Shown here one piece after another: positions 36,758-49,764 of a stretch of 64,000 bases of DNA (positions within the stretch are counted from its first letter, which is position 1; every line of letters starts with the position of its first letter). Under the pieces are notes generated by a model. The model had not been told where the DNA came from. It did not search any database and saw only the letters and a list, made by a program, of their open reading frames with translations. The position numbers and the translations under genes were made by a program. Source of the DNA: Phoronis australis (Eukaryota > Animalia > Phoronida); NCBI GenBank assembly GCA_002633005.1, contig NMRA01000072.1:671957-735956 (forward strand). Reading direction: 5' to 3'.

Positions 36758-36936
36758 CAGTTTTCTAAAATATAATTTTGTTTTCGTTTTACGCAGCTGT
36801 AACTCGTTCTCACATAACTCGTGGAAACGAGTTGGTAGGGGTAACGAGTTGATAAACTCGCTCGCATGACTTAGTTTCTCGTTCTCACAACTTCCTGCTG
36901 CATAAAACGAAAACGAAATCATATTTTAGAAAACTG
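36758..36936. mobile_element. Short MITE with ~40-bp TIRs
   Basis: CAGTTTTCTAAAATATAATTTTGTTTTCGTTTTACGCAGC / GCTGCATAAAACGAAAACGAAATCATATTTTAGAAAACTG, with internal CTCGTT/AACGAG repeats. Confidence 0.7.
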
Positions 36937-37279
36937 TTGTAGAGTTTTTGAGATGTCACCTTGAAATTTATATTAAGTAAGATTTGACCAGATTACTAAC
37001 ATCGTTGTTTTGTTTTCAATGTATCTTTCTTTTTACAAGGTTTTAAGGCTTTCAGAAAATAAATAGTTTTACTGCATTTTAAAAAGTCTATAGTTGTGTG
37101 GATATTCTGGCTAAATACGCACACCTGTCAATAAGGCCCAAAGTAACCATAAGAAAATTGACAGACATTTTGCATCTTTCCGGCGAATACGACTGCCGCT
37201 GCGTCTCATAGGCGGAATTCTATTTTTTACGTTTGCCTCTATATCATCGGAGTTCTTGGACCGATTTTCATGAAATCTG

Positions 37280-37430
37280 CCTCCCGTTCAGTAACGCTAG
37301 GACCTCACTAAAAAGCAAGACTTCGCGAGATTACGTGAGATATTGCCGTGCATTTTAAATGAGAACACGTGACTTTGACTGGGTTTCAGCTAGGCCCTAG
37401 CGTAGGTCCTAGCGTCTACTGAACGCACGC
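37280..37430. mobile_element. 151-bp PIF/Harbinger-like MITE (inverted copy of 28747-28897)
   Basis: Same length and sequence family, CTG on both flanks. A more diverged relative lies at about 49910-50042. Confidence 0.8.
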
Positions 37431-38269
37431 CTGGTTTCTTTTAGGAGGACGACGAGTCCTTACCATTTTGAACAGGTTTTGCATATTCTGCGCCTGACAT
37501 TTTATGTACCAATAAACACCTCTAGAAGCATACCGTTTGACATGCAGGAATTTGAACGTTTTGCGTGTTGCTCTTGTTGATATCTGCTGACAGCTGTTCA
37601 TGTTATTAAGGTGTCAGGTTCCTGAGAGTTAAATCTCCTAATTTGCTCACGTGTCGAGCAACCAATAAGGTAACTTAATACCAACGTCGGGATCACAGTC
37701 TCATTCCATCACACTTCATGGATGGGACAGATGTTTCTTTCTCTACGATTTGTTCAGTAGATGAAAGTGTTTTACGTACAATATTCTTTTCTATCCTGGA
37801 ACTGATTTTCCTTATAGATTCAGTTTTGATATATGGGTGTGCTGACAATGCCCGTCATAAAAGACATTTGTTCGTAAGAAAAAAGATAGAGCGTAGAAAA
37901 AGATGCACAGATCGAGAGAAAAATTGTGTTCCTGAAAGGAAATACGTTTGACAGAAAGACAGCGGAGGTCCGTGAGGACAGAAGTTTTCTACCCAGTCTG
38001 AACTTTCAGGCTCTCTAGTAAACTGAGTTCAGGGGACTGAGCAATTGATGACAGAGGCTGTGTTTGGGTGGAGTTACAATTGTCCCATTGGAAATACCCG
38101 CGTTCATTTGAACTACGAAGTTTTTCCGCCAAAAAAGATCCCTTCCCTCTAATATAAGCCCAATATTCAGAATACATGGGCCTATTCTCGAAGCCAAAAT
38201 TAAAAAATTCAAACGTTTGCAATGGTAGCTGGTGTTGAACAGAAACAAGGCTTTATGAGACACAGGCCA

Positions 38270-39578
38270 TATGCTTATTCCACCACTATAAAGTGGACGG
38301 CTGACGATGATTTTCCGACGACTTCGACTACTGTGGCGCCTCCTAGTGGCAGTTTTTTTTTTGCGCCTATGGCTGTATTTCTTAAACCGTTCACAGGATC
38401 TTTACTAAATTTAGTAAGTGAAATTATATGATGTTAACAACGAGGACGACGACTTTCAGACGGATCTGATTACTGGTGTGCCACCTAGTGGCAATTTTAT
38501 TTTTTACGTTTACCTCTGTATATTCAAAGGTCCTCAACGTATTTTCATAAAATTTCTCATACAGGCATCTGTTAATGAGTTGACGCTGTCTCTTCGTTTT
38601 CAGATGGATTCGATCTAGTTTGCGCCACCTAGTTGCCATTTTTACTGTTTTCGAGTCTGTTTTTGGCGTCCACTCGTCTATCAACCAAACCGCTTTCAGG
38701 AAAATTGTGAAAATTTGCATGTATGTTTATACTATGAAGTGGATGCATGGCTAACGACGATTTCCGACGAGTTCAACAACTGTTGCACCTCCTAGTGGCA
38801 GTTTTTTTTCGCTCATGGCTGTATCTAGTAAACTGTTTGCAGGATCTTTACTTAATTTGGCAAGTGTAATTATATGAAGTTGACAATTGACGACGACAAC
38901 TTTCGGACGGATCTGACTAGTGGTGTGGCCCTTAGTGGCAATTTTAGTGTTTTACGTTTACCAATTTGAATCTTCAAAGGTCCTCAACAGATTTTCATAA
39001 AATTTCGAATATAGGCATCTATTGGTGAGATGACGCTATCATCCTGTTTTTGGATGGAATCGAGGTATTTTACGCCACCTGGTGGCCATTTTTGCTGTTT
39101 TCAAATCTTGTTTTTGGTGCCCACACCTCGATCAACCAAATCATTCTAGAGATGGTTTTGAAATTGGCGTATGTTTTCAGTGTGAAGAGGACGTTTGATG
39201 ATGGCGACTGACTGCTGTGGCGCCTCCTAGTGGTAGTTTTGTTTTGTTTTGCACCCGTAGCTGTATCTCCAAAGCCCCCTGCTGGATCTTTATTAAATTT
39301 AGTGAATGAATTTATATGAAGATAACAGACGACGACTTTCAAGCGGATTAAACGGACGCTGTGTCCACAAGTGGTAATTTCATTTTGTTCTGTTTTCTTT
39401 GTTTCTCTGAAGTTCCTTGACAGATTTTTATGAAATATGGCATATTCCCGTTTCTGGATGGATTGTACGTTTTGGCACCATCTAGTGGCCATTTTTATGA
39501 TAAAACTAAATAACCCTAAAAGCACACCATTTGTGATGCATTCGTGGGCGCATTTCAACTCTCCGCGTTGTTCTTGTT
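38270..39578 (+). mobile_element. HINE copy, 5'-truncated
   Basis: Same subunits as 942-2672 and same 3' end (GTGGGCGCAT, CAAC..GTTG hairpin, CTTGTT). Confidence 0.8.
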
Positions 39579-40135
39579 CTAGGTAATAAAGTTACTTGTC
39601 CAAGTTACCAAACTACGTATAAGCAGGAAGAGATAACCAGGACCTGGTTATCTCTTCCTGGTATAAGCAATCATGTACACATGCGCCCACATTTTATATT
39701 TTTAAAAATGTGTTAAAACGCAAGGTTCGCGCCTTTCTTCGGGTTTTAATAAAACTTTACACATATTTCGAAACTCGTTTATATTGATTGTTTCGTTACA
39801 TTTACAAAAATATACTGTCTATTATATTTCTGGTAGGAGGTAAGTGTTTTTAGCGAAGATCGTTATATAAAGGACTCACTAAAAACGGTTTCATTTTTAA
39901 CAACATTTAAGTCACAACAAATGCATAGCCTTTGTGAACGTTGGGTACTAGAATCTTATGGTAATTCTATGTCATTTCCGAATGTAACCCCCGGTTTAAC
40001 TCTCACGAATTCAAAGTAAGAGCTTACTGAGAAGAGATTCCACTTGGGGACGCTTCAGCTATGCAAATCGATTTCAGTTTGTCACGGCTTATAGATGTGG
40101 TTTGTTGGCTTTGAATCTTGAAACCCAGAAGAGTC

Positions 40136-40457
40136 ATGTCAACGTTGTATCTGAATTTTCTTCGTCTTATGTGTCTGTATTCGTCTATTTTCGAAGTTTT
40201 ATTGTCTTCTCAGCAAAGTGGTACATTTAGAGTCCCGTCAGCTTACATCGGACGTAGGCTTGTGGAACCTCTCGTTGTCAGTAGACACACGGAGGTGTCC
40301 ACTCAACTGAGATGCGTGTCGTTCTGTATGATGCTCCTGCAAGACTGCAGCTTGATGAGTTACAATTCGGATCAGAAAGTTTGTGAGATCAGTAGGAATA
40401 AATGGTTGGCTTCGTACATGCCAAACGAGACAGGATGGTGTATAATCATGAAGCCAG
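40136..40457 (+). CDS. Exon 1 of secreted PAN/apple-domain protein (297 aa, 5 exons)
   Basis: Hydrophobic N-terminus, then CVSFC..DCSLMSYN..KVCEIS..GW (PAN pattern CxxxC..C..(F/Y)..C). Donor G|GTAAGT, phase 1. TATATAAA at about 39864. Confidence 0.85.
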
Positions 40458-40791
40458 GTAAGTTGCCACGTGTTCTCAAACTCGTATGTGCGTGTATGAA
40501 ATCCATGCGCCTATATTAGAAATGTTTTTTAAAATTCTTTTACTCAAGTGCTTTCATGCAGAGAAGTGCACCTGTGCTTCATTTTTGACCCAGAAGAATA
40601 TCTCTCATAGCACTGCGCATGTCTTAAATTGGGCGTTATGTTTTGTATCAATTTCTCATACTTTTATTTCAAAAGTAGTCAATGATGATTCGAATACACG
40701 CCAACTGAAGAGATTTTTGCTTACGAGGTTAGTTGCTCCTTGTTTTTTGATCAAATGTTTCACATATAGGCGCAGCTTCACATCTGGCGCA

Positions 40792-41176
40792 TGGCCCTGT
40801 CTCCAATCTTTTTACTCGAAATGGAACTCGAAATTAGGTTTGGCATTTTGTACTCTATTTTTGGGCGAACTCAAGATAAGTGTCTATTATTCTATGCTCG
40901 AGTACACAATAACTTACGTAGATAATTTATTGCCCTTAGTTCACAGTTTGTAAACCCAATATTAAAGCAATAAGTTCGAGTTTGAACTCGAAATTTCGAG
41001 TTTTTATTCGAGTTTGTAGCACAAATATAAGGGTCTTCAAGGGCAAACTTGAACTAGAAACTCCTATGCATAAACTATAATGTATTCGAGCACAGTCTAA
41101 TAACCAATTATCTTAAGTTCGCACAAAAGGAGCAGAGAAATTGTTCGTTTCGAGTACAAAGATTAGAAACCGGGCC
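40792..41176. mobile_element. Harbinger-like MITE
   Basis: TIRs GGCCCTGTCTCCAATCTTTTTACTCGAAA / TTTCGAGTACAAAGATTAGAAACCGGGCC with internal AACTCGA repeats. A related end lies at about 13020-13056. Confidence 0.6.
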
Positions 41177-44100
41177 CCGGTCTGCAGTGGCAAACTATAT
41201 CAAACTTGGAGTTTCCTGATGTTTTGGTTAAATTGGACTACTAGACATTCTTCAGTAACAAACTATGCTAAACCTTTGGTGGGCAATTCCATTTGTGACG
41301 GATGTGCACTAAATGAACTAGACCACGTTATACTGAACAAAAGGAAATATGAGTGACCAATTGTCGAGTAGACAAAATGTGTGAATACAAAAGTAGACCT
41401 TTGAGCTTATAAATAGAGATGAGTAATGCAAATAAAGCCTGAGGGTTGATATAAAAGAGAAGTGAAAAATGTCAAAAGAATGACGATAAATGAATTTAAC
41501 AAGATAAAGTTAATTTACCGTAATCTATTTTGTCCGGGGTACGCCACGCGTTTTGTTGTAGGTTAAACCGAGATGAGGATTGGAATAATGTCATTTATTA
41601 TGACGTAAGTTGAAGAAATAAAGAAGACTGCAAGATGGGCATGGAAAAAACGCCATAATGGCAGTATGGGAATTCTGACATGGCCCATAATAAAACAATC
41701 TCATAAAATCATCACTTTTCTTCGAGGATGGTAAACAGTATGTTAAGTAGGAGTACAAATTTGAAACTAGTAAGTAAATGTGGCAATCCTAAATAAAAAT
41801 GTGAAGTAAAGTTTAAAACATTGCTAATTATCATTGTTAAAAGTGCATTTCAACTATTTGTTTTTTAAATTGGAATTCGTTCTAAGTTTGTATAAACTCA
41901 TTGTCTGGGCCATGTCACTGACGGTTCTGATGAATACTTCTATCTTAATAATATAGGTTATGTTTTGTAAGTACTGGCAACAGGAATTCACTATCTTCTG
42001 TATAACAAAGTCTCAAGCAGACAATTGGTTCAGTATTGTTCAGTTGACCACATCGACTAATGTCATTCATATTTTGATCCTAGACACAAGTACTGTCTTC
42101 GCAGTGTGATTAAATTTAGGTATACGTAAAATCAAACGATGTAATTATTGGTGCTTTGAAGCCAAGTCACCCAAGACAGTAAAAACACAATACAGGGATT
42201 ACACACCGTGAAGATGTGACAAAAATGCTTAAAAATTAGGTCACAGGCTTGTTCCTCTTAATAATTCCCAGCATCCTTTTTCAACACAAAACATAGCATC
42301 GCGTGTCATAGCCGAAATAAAATGATGATTCCAGAAGAACAACAAGTTGACATGAATTTCTTTTATGTCTCTAGTTACTTTAAACTTTACAGCACCTTAG
42401 GAAGTCTTTTGTATGAATACCTTTTGGTTCTGCAATTTTCAGAAACTAAGGATATCTTTAAAAGCAACAAGTTCGTTAAGTTAACATTTTGTTTTATTTA
42501 CATTCGGAATGATGTCCAACTCTAATTTTGACGAAGTGAACTCTTACTAAGAATGAACTAGATGATACTGTAAAATATAACAAATACTTTTGTATTTAAA
42601 AAGTCCAATGGATCTAGTTTAAATGCATAACAACGTATTTACTTGATTTTAAAACTGATAGTTCTAAGTTCTTAAGTGTAAGACAACTCTAAACGTATTT
42701 TTATTAGCTGGGAAATTGTATTTTCATAGTTGCGACGGACGTACAAATTTTCTGTACGTCGGTAAGGCGACTTCTGCCTAAACGAATATTCCCCGGGATC
42801 TAAAATTTTGGTCAATAGGAGTCTGATTTTTTTAAAATTTTGATTGAAAACTTTTGACGCAACCAAACTTTTTAGCACTCTTTTGTGACGGACATACGGC
42901 ACTTTGACATCGAGAAGTTAACCTTTTAACCCAAGAGGGCGACGATGTGCCACAAGTCAAGTGACAATTTTTGCATAGTTTAGGATTCTTGTGATTGCAC
43001 AAATTTGATTTGGCAGTATATTGAAATACCCATAATTAGCTTATTCATAAAATAATTAGTTGTCCCTTCCTGGTAATGCCTTCCTGGTTACACACATAAA
43101 ATTCGGGGTAATTTTTAGGGACAAGTGACCCCAAAATGCGTCTGTCTAGGGAAAAATTGAAAGATATAGGATATTCAAATATTCAAATATCGCTTGAGCA
43201 TGGATGAGGTGGGAGATTTCGACATGCGGACAGCAGTGAAGCCATTAATATAAAAACAAGACTGTGTACAATTTTTTGTTTTGCATTTTCTGTGTAGTGC
43301 TTCCAACCAGGGCTGGTTCATAAAGGGGCCTGTCCACCCCCGGCCAAAAAAGGTGTCGGCATGCCGTACACGCTGACTCGATTGAACGCTTGTTCTTAGG
43401 AAAATTTTGTTTGGCCCTCTTACACGATACCCTAGAACCAACTAAGTGTGCTGATTCAGCTGTCGTTGTTCAATACGCCTTGCTTTAAACACCTTTTGGC
43501 TTTCAACTGTTAAACCTGCAGCTTGACCTGTGTGTCAGTGAAAGTTCTGTTCAATGCCTGGGAAGAAATGGCATTTTGTTTCAGGTCATATTCGTAAACT
43601 CACATGCAGATCAAACTCAGAAATCCTTCTCAATTTGATTTAAATGTCATAATCGGCGACAGGAATCGTGAATAAAATGTGCAAAGTTGAACAAAGTTAC
43701 ACAAATTTAACCCAGACATCACTTCAACAGTTGTTTTCTTAGTGTCAAGAATACTTCGATTTTCTTACGTGCATTTGCTTTTCTTTTGCCTGTAGTATTT
43801 TCTTAAAAATCTGTGAGTCCAATGACTTTCGACTCTTCCGGGTATTCAGCGACGTGCTGCCTCACCCGCAAGCTCAGTTTGCCTCGCTCGTAACTTTGGA
43901 GTTCGGGAATGATATCCAGCAACACAGTACAGCTGGTAACAGTTAGCCCCCTTCCAAAAAGCAGTCTTAATTGTCACAGCTGATACGGCCATTGAGAAAG
44001 GAAATTAGTCTGAGACTGGATACATCATAAGATTTTCGAAAACACTTTTAGGTTTACGCTTGAAATCCGTCAAAAGTAAGCATGAATGCCAAGTTAACTT

Positions 44101-44427
44101 CAGAAGATGGAATAGGAATGCAAACCCATTCGGGAAACGGAAACGTTCAACGTTATCTCGCGCGGCAATCCCGCAGCTCGATTTCTTTCCCAAATGCTTA
44201 TTGTGAAGTGGTTATACCTCCAATGTGATTCGGCTCTTCGGTTCGCCCGCGTCGACAATTTGTGCGGCGACGAAACATTTGATGAGGTCGCCTCCTCCAT
44301 TTTGTTTAACTTTAGCCTTTGTTTGGAATAGGCGATTTATAGAAAAACCAAAGAACGCTAAAGATTTTGCTGGTCAAAGCTAATGACATAAATCGCCCAT
44401 TCATCTGACATGCATTTTATTTTCCAG

Positions 44428-44603
44428 GCATTTGGGAATTGGCTTTTAAGGGAAGTCGCGACATTGGCAAATCGGTGTACAATTTGTGGATCGGGAATAA
44501 CTATACCACCCAGTACACGGACAATATGTTTAAGATGGTGACGTCATCAGAGCATTACAAGAGCGAGATGGTGGAGAAATGGGCTGCACTGGAAATCAAA
44601 AGG
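44428..44603 (+). CDS. Exon 2 of PAN-domain protein
   Basis: tttccag|(G)IWELAFKGSRDIGKSVYNLW..HYKSEMVEKWAALEIKR|gt, phases 1/0. Confidence 0.88.
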
Positions 44604-46552
44604 GTAAATGAAGACTCCTGAATTAAGGCGACGTTAGTCCCCAGCTTCCACCTCGACTTTTTGTTTAGGCCACTTGCCGATCGATTGGTCTCAAAAACTT
44701 TCTTAGTCAAATCGAAGGGGATTTTAGGGCTTCAAAAGATATGAGCCTGCTCTCAAGGTATTAACCAACTCTTTGCAAACCTAAAAATCACTTCTCATCT
44801 GAGTGCGGAACAATTTGAGATCGTGTTTATAGAGATAAGTGTTCTAAATAAGAAATTCTTTTCTCAGACGGAACGCGAATTTATGGCAGTTTAATACAAC
44901 TCGAACAAAGTGCACACACAAACTTATAACACGCACAACTGTGGTCCAGCTTCAATGCTAAACTTTAGGTGCGTGGTAACTTGGGTTTCGCAATCGAAAC
45001 GTATATGGCGATGGTTTCAAGAAGTTGATCAAAATGGCATTTCCTTCCTACTTTAGGGATAAAATAAAAATTTCAATTAGATGGTTAACTCCAACAAACT
45101 GGTTCCAAAACTGTCCTTGTCTCGATAATTTCGTCTGCGATGAAGCAACGCTGAAAAAATCGGTGGCTTTCTGGCACTCTTTACTTGCCTATTCCCTGAA
45201 TGTTTGGGGATGAGGATTATTTCTTACCACGATATTGAAAGATTTGAGACATATTTTGTGTGCGTGTGCGTGTGCGTGTGCGTGTTCGTATGTATGAGCA
45301 AATTTCCGTTTAGGCTGCGAGCACGGAGGAAATAATGTACAATTTCATCTTGCGAAATTTGACGGATAATAAGAAAACGATCCCACCCTGGCTAATTGTA
45401 ATTTCGCTCAGATATTACACTTGGGTCACCATCCATAACAAAATCTGTATGGTTCACTGTGTTAACTATGCTCTCAAGGCTACCAGCTACCATCTCAGAA
45501 ATACTGGTGCCGTTCATTACACAGGATGCATGTGTCAGTCGAACTTGCCCATGCGCTGATCGCTTATCGCCTGGACTATTGTCATTCCCATCTTTTTCCT
45601 TGCCATTGTCAGCTTTTTTCACACAACAACCATAAACATCAGATCAGCTATGGTTATGGCCACATTTAAATACCTCTTTTTAATGAAGCCATCCGTAATG
45701 TCTTATTTTCGTGAATAATTCTTCATCTTGTGTTTTTATTCTCTTTCAGTCGTCCCTTTTGTTCGTCCAATCAAGTATTGGTATAGTTATTACTTTTATT
45801 AATCTAATTTGGCCAAAAGTAACAGTAATCATTATTATTACCATTATTCTTGTTGGTGTTACTCGCTGAATCACGCTGTACTGGGCCGGATTCTACCGAT
45901 GACGTCACTTGGGGGAAAACTTCGGAAACGAGCGAAACCGCAACACCTTTAGAACGTTTAAAGACAATACATGGTGGTTTACCGTTGGTTCACACCATTC
46001 ACTTGAGGTCTGTTGGATGGGATGAGGCGGGCTGCGTAGGTGGAGCGCTACGTTGCGCCACATAGTGAAAACCTATGCAAGACACTTGCTACGCAAGAGC
46101 GCAACGTAATGCTACACAGAGGACTGTGGCGGTGACATGGTTGTAGCACTACCGGTATACACCTATAGCACGCTTGCTATAAAACTTTATAACTGCGTTT
46201 CCTCATTAGTTATCTGCCAAACCTGAAAATGCGTTTTAAAAAGTGGATTCCACCTTGTTTAGTTGGCTAAAAAACGAAAACAAATCTAGGTACTTACTTT
46301 AAAAAAATTAGACTCTGACCGTGATAAAAATCGAAATCTACGGCTATCAACAAGAACATCAAAACCTTCAATGACCCAAGAAAGCACTTCAGAGTGTATT
46401 GAAGTTGGCGAACCTTGAAGTTATGAACTCGAAAATGGTGCACGTGCGCATTGCCTGTGACTTGAGTTGTCCGCTAATAACTGACGTTCGAAATAGCCGC
46501 GCCATATTGAAATTCACTAATCCGCCAGACGGCGATCAGATTTCTGGTGGAC

Positions 46553-47699
46553 CTCGCTGCTTCCCTGAGTGTCCGCTAGGTGGTTGTGAACACGCAGGTA
46601 TCACTCGCTGGTTCCCTGCGTGCTCAGCCCAGCCAGCACGCAGGTATCACGCAATGGCACGCGCTTTAGCATTGGTCGATGTAATCTCGGCAGTCATTGG
46701 TTAGCTTTACAACACCGTAAAAAAATGGCACACTATGAACGAACTTAGCCTTGTCATGCAAGTGGCGTCGCAGCACTGAACTATTTCGTTTCCGCAGTGA
46801 TGTTTAATAGCCGCGTGCTTGAAGCACATATCTGGCCGATTTAATCGGTGTGTTATTCATACTGTATGAATACAGGACACTATCGTAAACAAAAGTCATC
46901 GACAGTAGAAAGATGCATTCCGTAAAGGCGTAAAGGCGCAATCACAATTTCTAGGCTTCGGTGACATTTCCTGAACATAAATTTTAAGCACCGATTTGTC
47001 TGAACAACAGACCACATTTACACTTCAGTCCATCAGTCATGCCAGTTATTTGCGTAAAGCGCTGCCTGTTGAGAATTCGACTAGCCAATCAGAAACGCCG
47101 GTGTAAAAAAATTTACCGAGGAAAATTAAGTGATACCTGCGTGCTGGCGCGGCTACCGCCCCACCTAGCGGCACGCAGGGAACCAGCGAGGCAGGTATCA
47201 CTTAATTTTCCTCGGGATTTTTTTACACCGGTCTTTCTGATTGGCTGGTCGAATTCTCAACAGGTAGCGCTTTACGTAGACAAATTGGCATGAATGATGG
47301 AGGACGTATAAATGTGGATATAGTTTGTAGTCTGTTATACAGACAGACCAGTGCTTAATTCATGTTCATGTGAATCATAAAATTGTGGTTGTGCCTTTTC
47401 GGAGTGCATTTTTCTACTGTCGCTGACTTTTGTTTACGTTGCTGTCCTGTATTCACACAGTATGAATAACACACCGGTTAAATCGGCCAGATGTACGTGT
47501 ATGTGCTTCAAGCACGCGGCTATTAAACCGCATTACTGCAGAAACGAAATATTTGCTTTCACGCCACTGACATAGTCCCCCATTTTCTTTCTTTGTTGTA
47601 AAGCTAACCAATAACTGCCGAGGTTACATCAACCAGTGATAAAACGCGTGCTATTGAATGATACCTGCGTGTTGGGACACTCAGCGGGGAACCACCAAG
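46553..47699. mobile_element. Mutator-like MITE (host copy)
   Basis: Ends CTCGCTGCTTCCC / GGGAACCACCAAG. Perfect 9-bp TSD CTGGTGGAC (46544-46552, 47700-47708). Confidence 0.85.
46604..47190. mobile_element. Mutator-like MITE inserted, inverted, into a copy of its own family
   Basis: TIRs CTCGCTGGTTCCCTGCGTG / CACGCAGGGAACCAGCGAG. 10-bp TSD GCAGGTATCA (46594-46603, 47191-47200). Confidence 0.88.
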
Positions 47700-48517
47700 C
47701 TGGTGGACAGGCGTTCAGCGCCACCTACAGATCCCATATAATGCGGAAGGGAGGTTTCACCTGTTGGTACAAACAGCGCTTAACACATTATAATGCTGAA
47801 AAATTTCCACAGCTGTACAGGGATGTACTAATGCCAAAGATACTATAAAATCTTTGCTAATGACTTGCGAAAAAGGCAAACCTTTTGAAATATCAGTGGA
47901 TGAACAAGGACATCATGTTCCATACATTTCCCACTGCGCCGAAGTATCAGCCGACGATGAAGCCAGTGGCTGCGGCTGACAAAGCCAGTGAGAATTTCAA
48001 TCCCAGCAGGTGTCAAAAAGCTAAAATAAATTAATAAACTTAAGCTAAACAAACAATGAGAGCGACTGACAGTGGAATTAATTCCTCTACTGTTAATGAT
48101 AAATTGAATTCCGGCCCATGTATATACGTGTATAGGTTAATAAAATTTTGAGAGCTGGAGTCAGTTGTTTTTCTTTTCAGACAACTGAACAAACAGCCAG
48201 GAACTGAGTGCACTTTTAAGCTCAGGTCCTTGAAATATATGCATTTTGGCAACAATATGACTGTCATTAGTTAGTTACGTAAGCATTAGAAGTTTGTTAA
48301 TGTAGTTTGCTCTATTTTACGTCCTCTGATCATACTTTTTTCCTAAAGCATAGTCTTTCAAGTGAAATTAATGCGCCACAGATTTTTCCCTAGTGTTTGA
48401 AGCAACGTGCATTATTACTACTGTTGTAAGAATGCACATAATTATACTGATACACGTGATCATGACGTCAAGTGGTCAAAGCTTATTCAACGGAACACGG
48501 GTTTATGTCTGCTTTAA

Positions 48518-49580
48518 AGAGTTCCCACCACGCATTTTCTTAGTTTTTGAGGTTTTGGTTAGCTTATATGAAAAGAATACCTTAAAATCTAACTAAATAA
48601 GTACTTTTTATGCCAACTAATCGTATATTTTTTAATTTTTAAGAAAAAATAGTTATTTCCAAGTTTCCCGCCAAATGATGCAATGGGTGGAGGACGTTTG
48701 GTCACTTGACAATTAATTGCGATGGCGGAACATAGCACTATCAGAAGACGAGGAAAATTTTGAGCGAGAGCTGGACAATTATTATGCAGACAGAGAGGAG
48801 AGTGGATACGGGCATCACACTGAAGTACAAGGTACTTGAAGAGTCGGACAATGAATTCGATTTCCTCTTAGCGAACTTTCGTCGGCTTGGAAGCCGTATG
48901 AACTCGACCCACTTGCACGAGAATTGCTGCAGACATACGTGAGGCATAACCAACTGAACCAAGGCGTGGTCAATATTCACAAAATAGACACTTAATAATC
49001 ACTGACAACGGCCACAGCAATGCACAAGCCCACGTGGCAGTCGTAGCACTCGGTCTGGGCCGGGGTCGAGGGCCTGGCATCGCTCGCCCTAGAATGGAAG
49101 CCGCAGTTCATTAGTTATTTATAAAATTTGCAAATACACTTGCAAGGTGGCGAGTCCTTCATCGTAACGCCGCTTTTGTGTTTGGTCGAAACAAGATTCC
49201 TTAAAATGTGCCGAACAAAGTGTGGCCCCTGACTGAATTGCATGTTCCATATACTAGCATTCCACACTCTCGTGCGGCGCACAAACCGGTGCCATTTCTG
49301 TGCAACTTTCACGTATTTACAGCCTCCACAAACGCACTTTTTCATGTCTGAAAAAGGCGGTTCTCCGCGGACTTTCCTCACAACTCCTCAGTATCGCAAT
49401 GGTAAAAACAGCAACGGCGGAGACGGTCTTGCACCCATTACGTACAACCCCGGTAACAGAAAAATATTTTTTTTTAAGTTTTGGCTTTTCTCTTAGCAAC
49501 AAGTATACTAAAGGCTTTTAAATCTCTTAAGATGTATTAATAAAATTCTTTTTGAGACACAGGGTCATGGTGGGAACTTT
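48518..49580. mobile_element. Kolobok deletion derivative with convergent THAP and KolX-like remnants
   Basis: TTAA|AGAGTTCCCACCA..TGGTGGGAACTTT|TTAA. Minus strand reads MKKCVCGGC..W.RFVRRTR..LCSAHFKESCF (THAP). Plus strand has an acidic stretch with WKPYELDP. Confidence 0.75.
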
Positions 49581-49603
49581 TTAATTACCAGTTTCTGTTT
49601 CAG

Positions 49604-49764
49604 GCTGCCCTAGTCATGTACCGTGACTCAAATGAAGTTCTAAGACTGGAATTTGACGGCACAAACTCGAACAAAATCAACTGGTTTGATAGGTCGAGAC
49701 TCCGTCGAAGTCCGTTTCAAGATATTCTTACGGCTTATCTTGGTCATTTTTCTATTGAAGGAGA
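49604..49764 (+). CDS. Exon 3 of PAN-domain protein
   Basis: tttcag|AALVMYRDSNEVLRLEFDGTNSNKINWFDRSRLRRSPFQDI..HFSIEG|gtgagt, phases 0/2. Not present in the ORF track. Confidence 0.88.
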
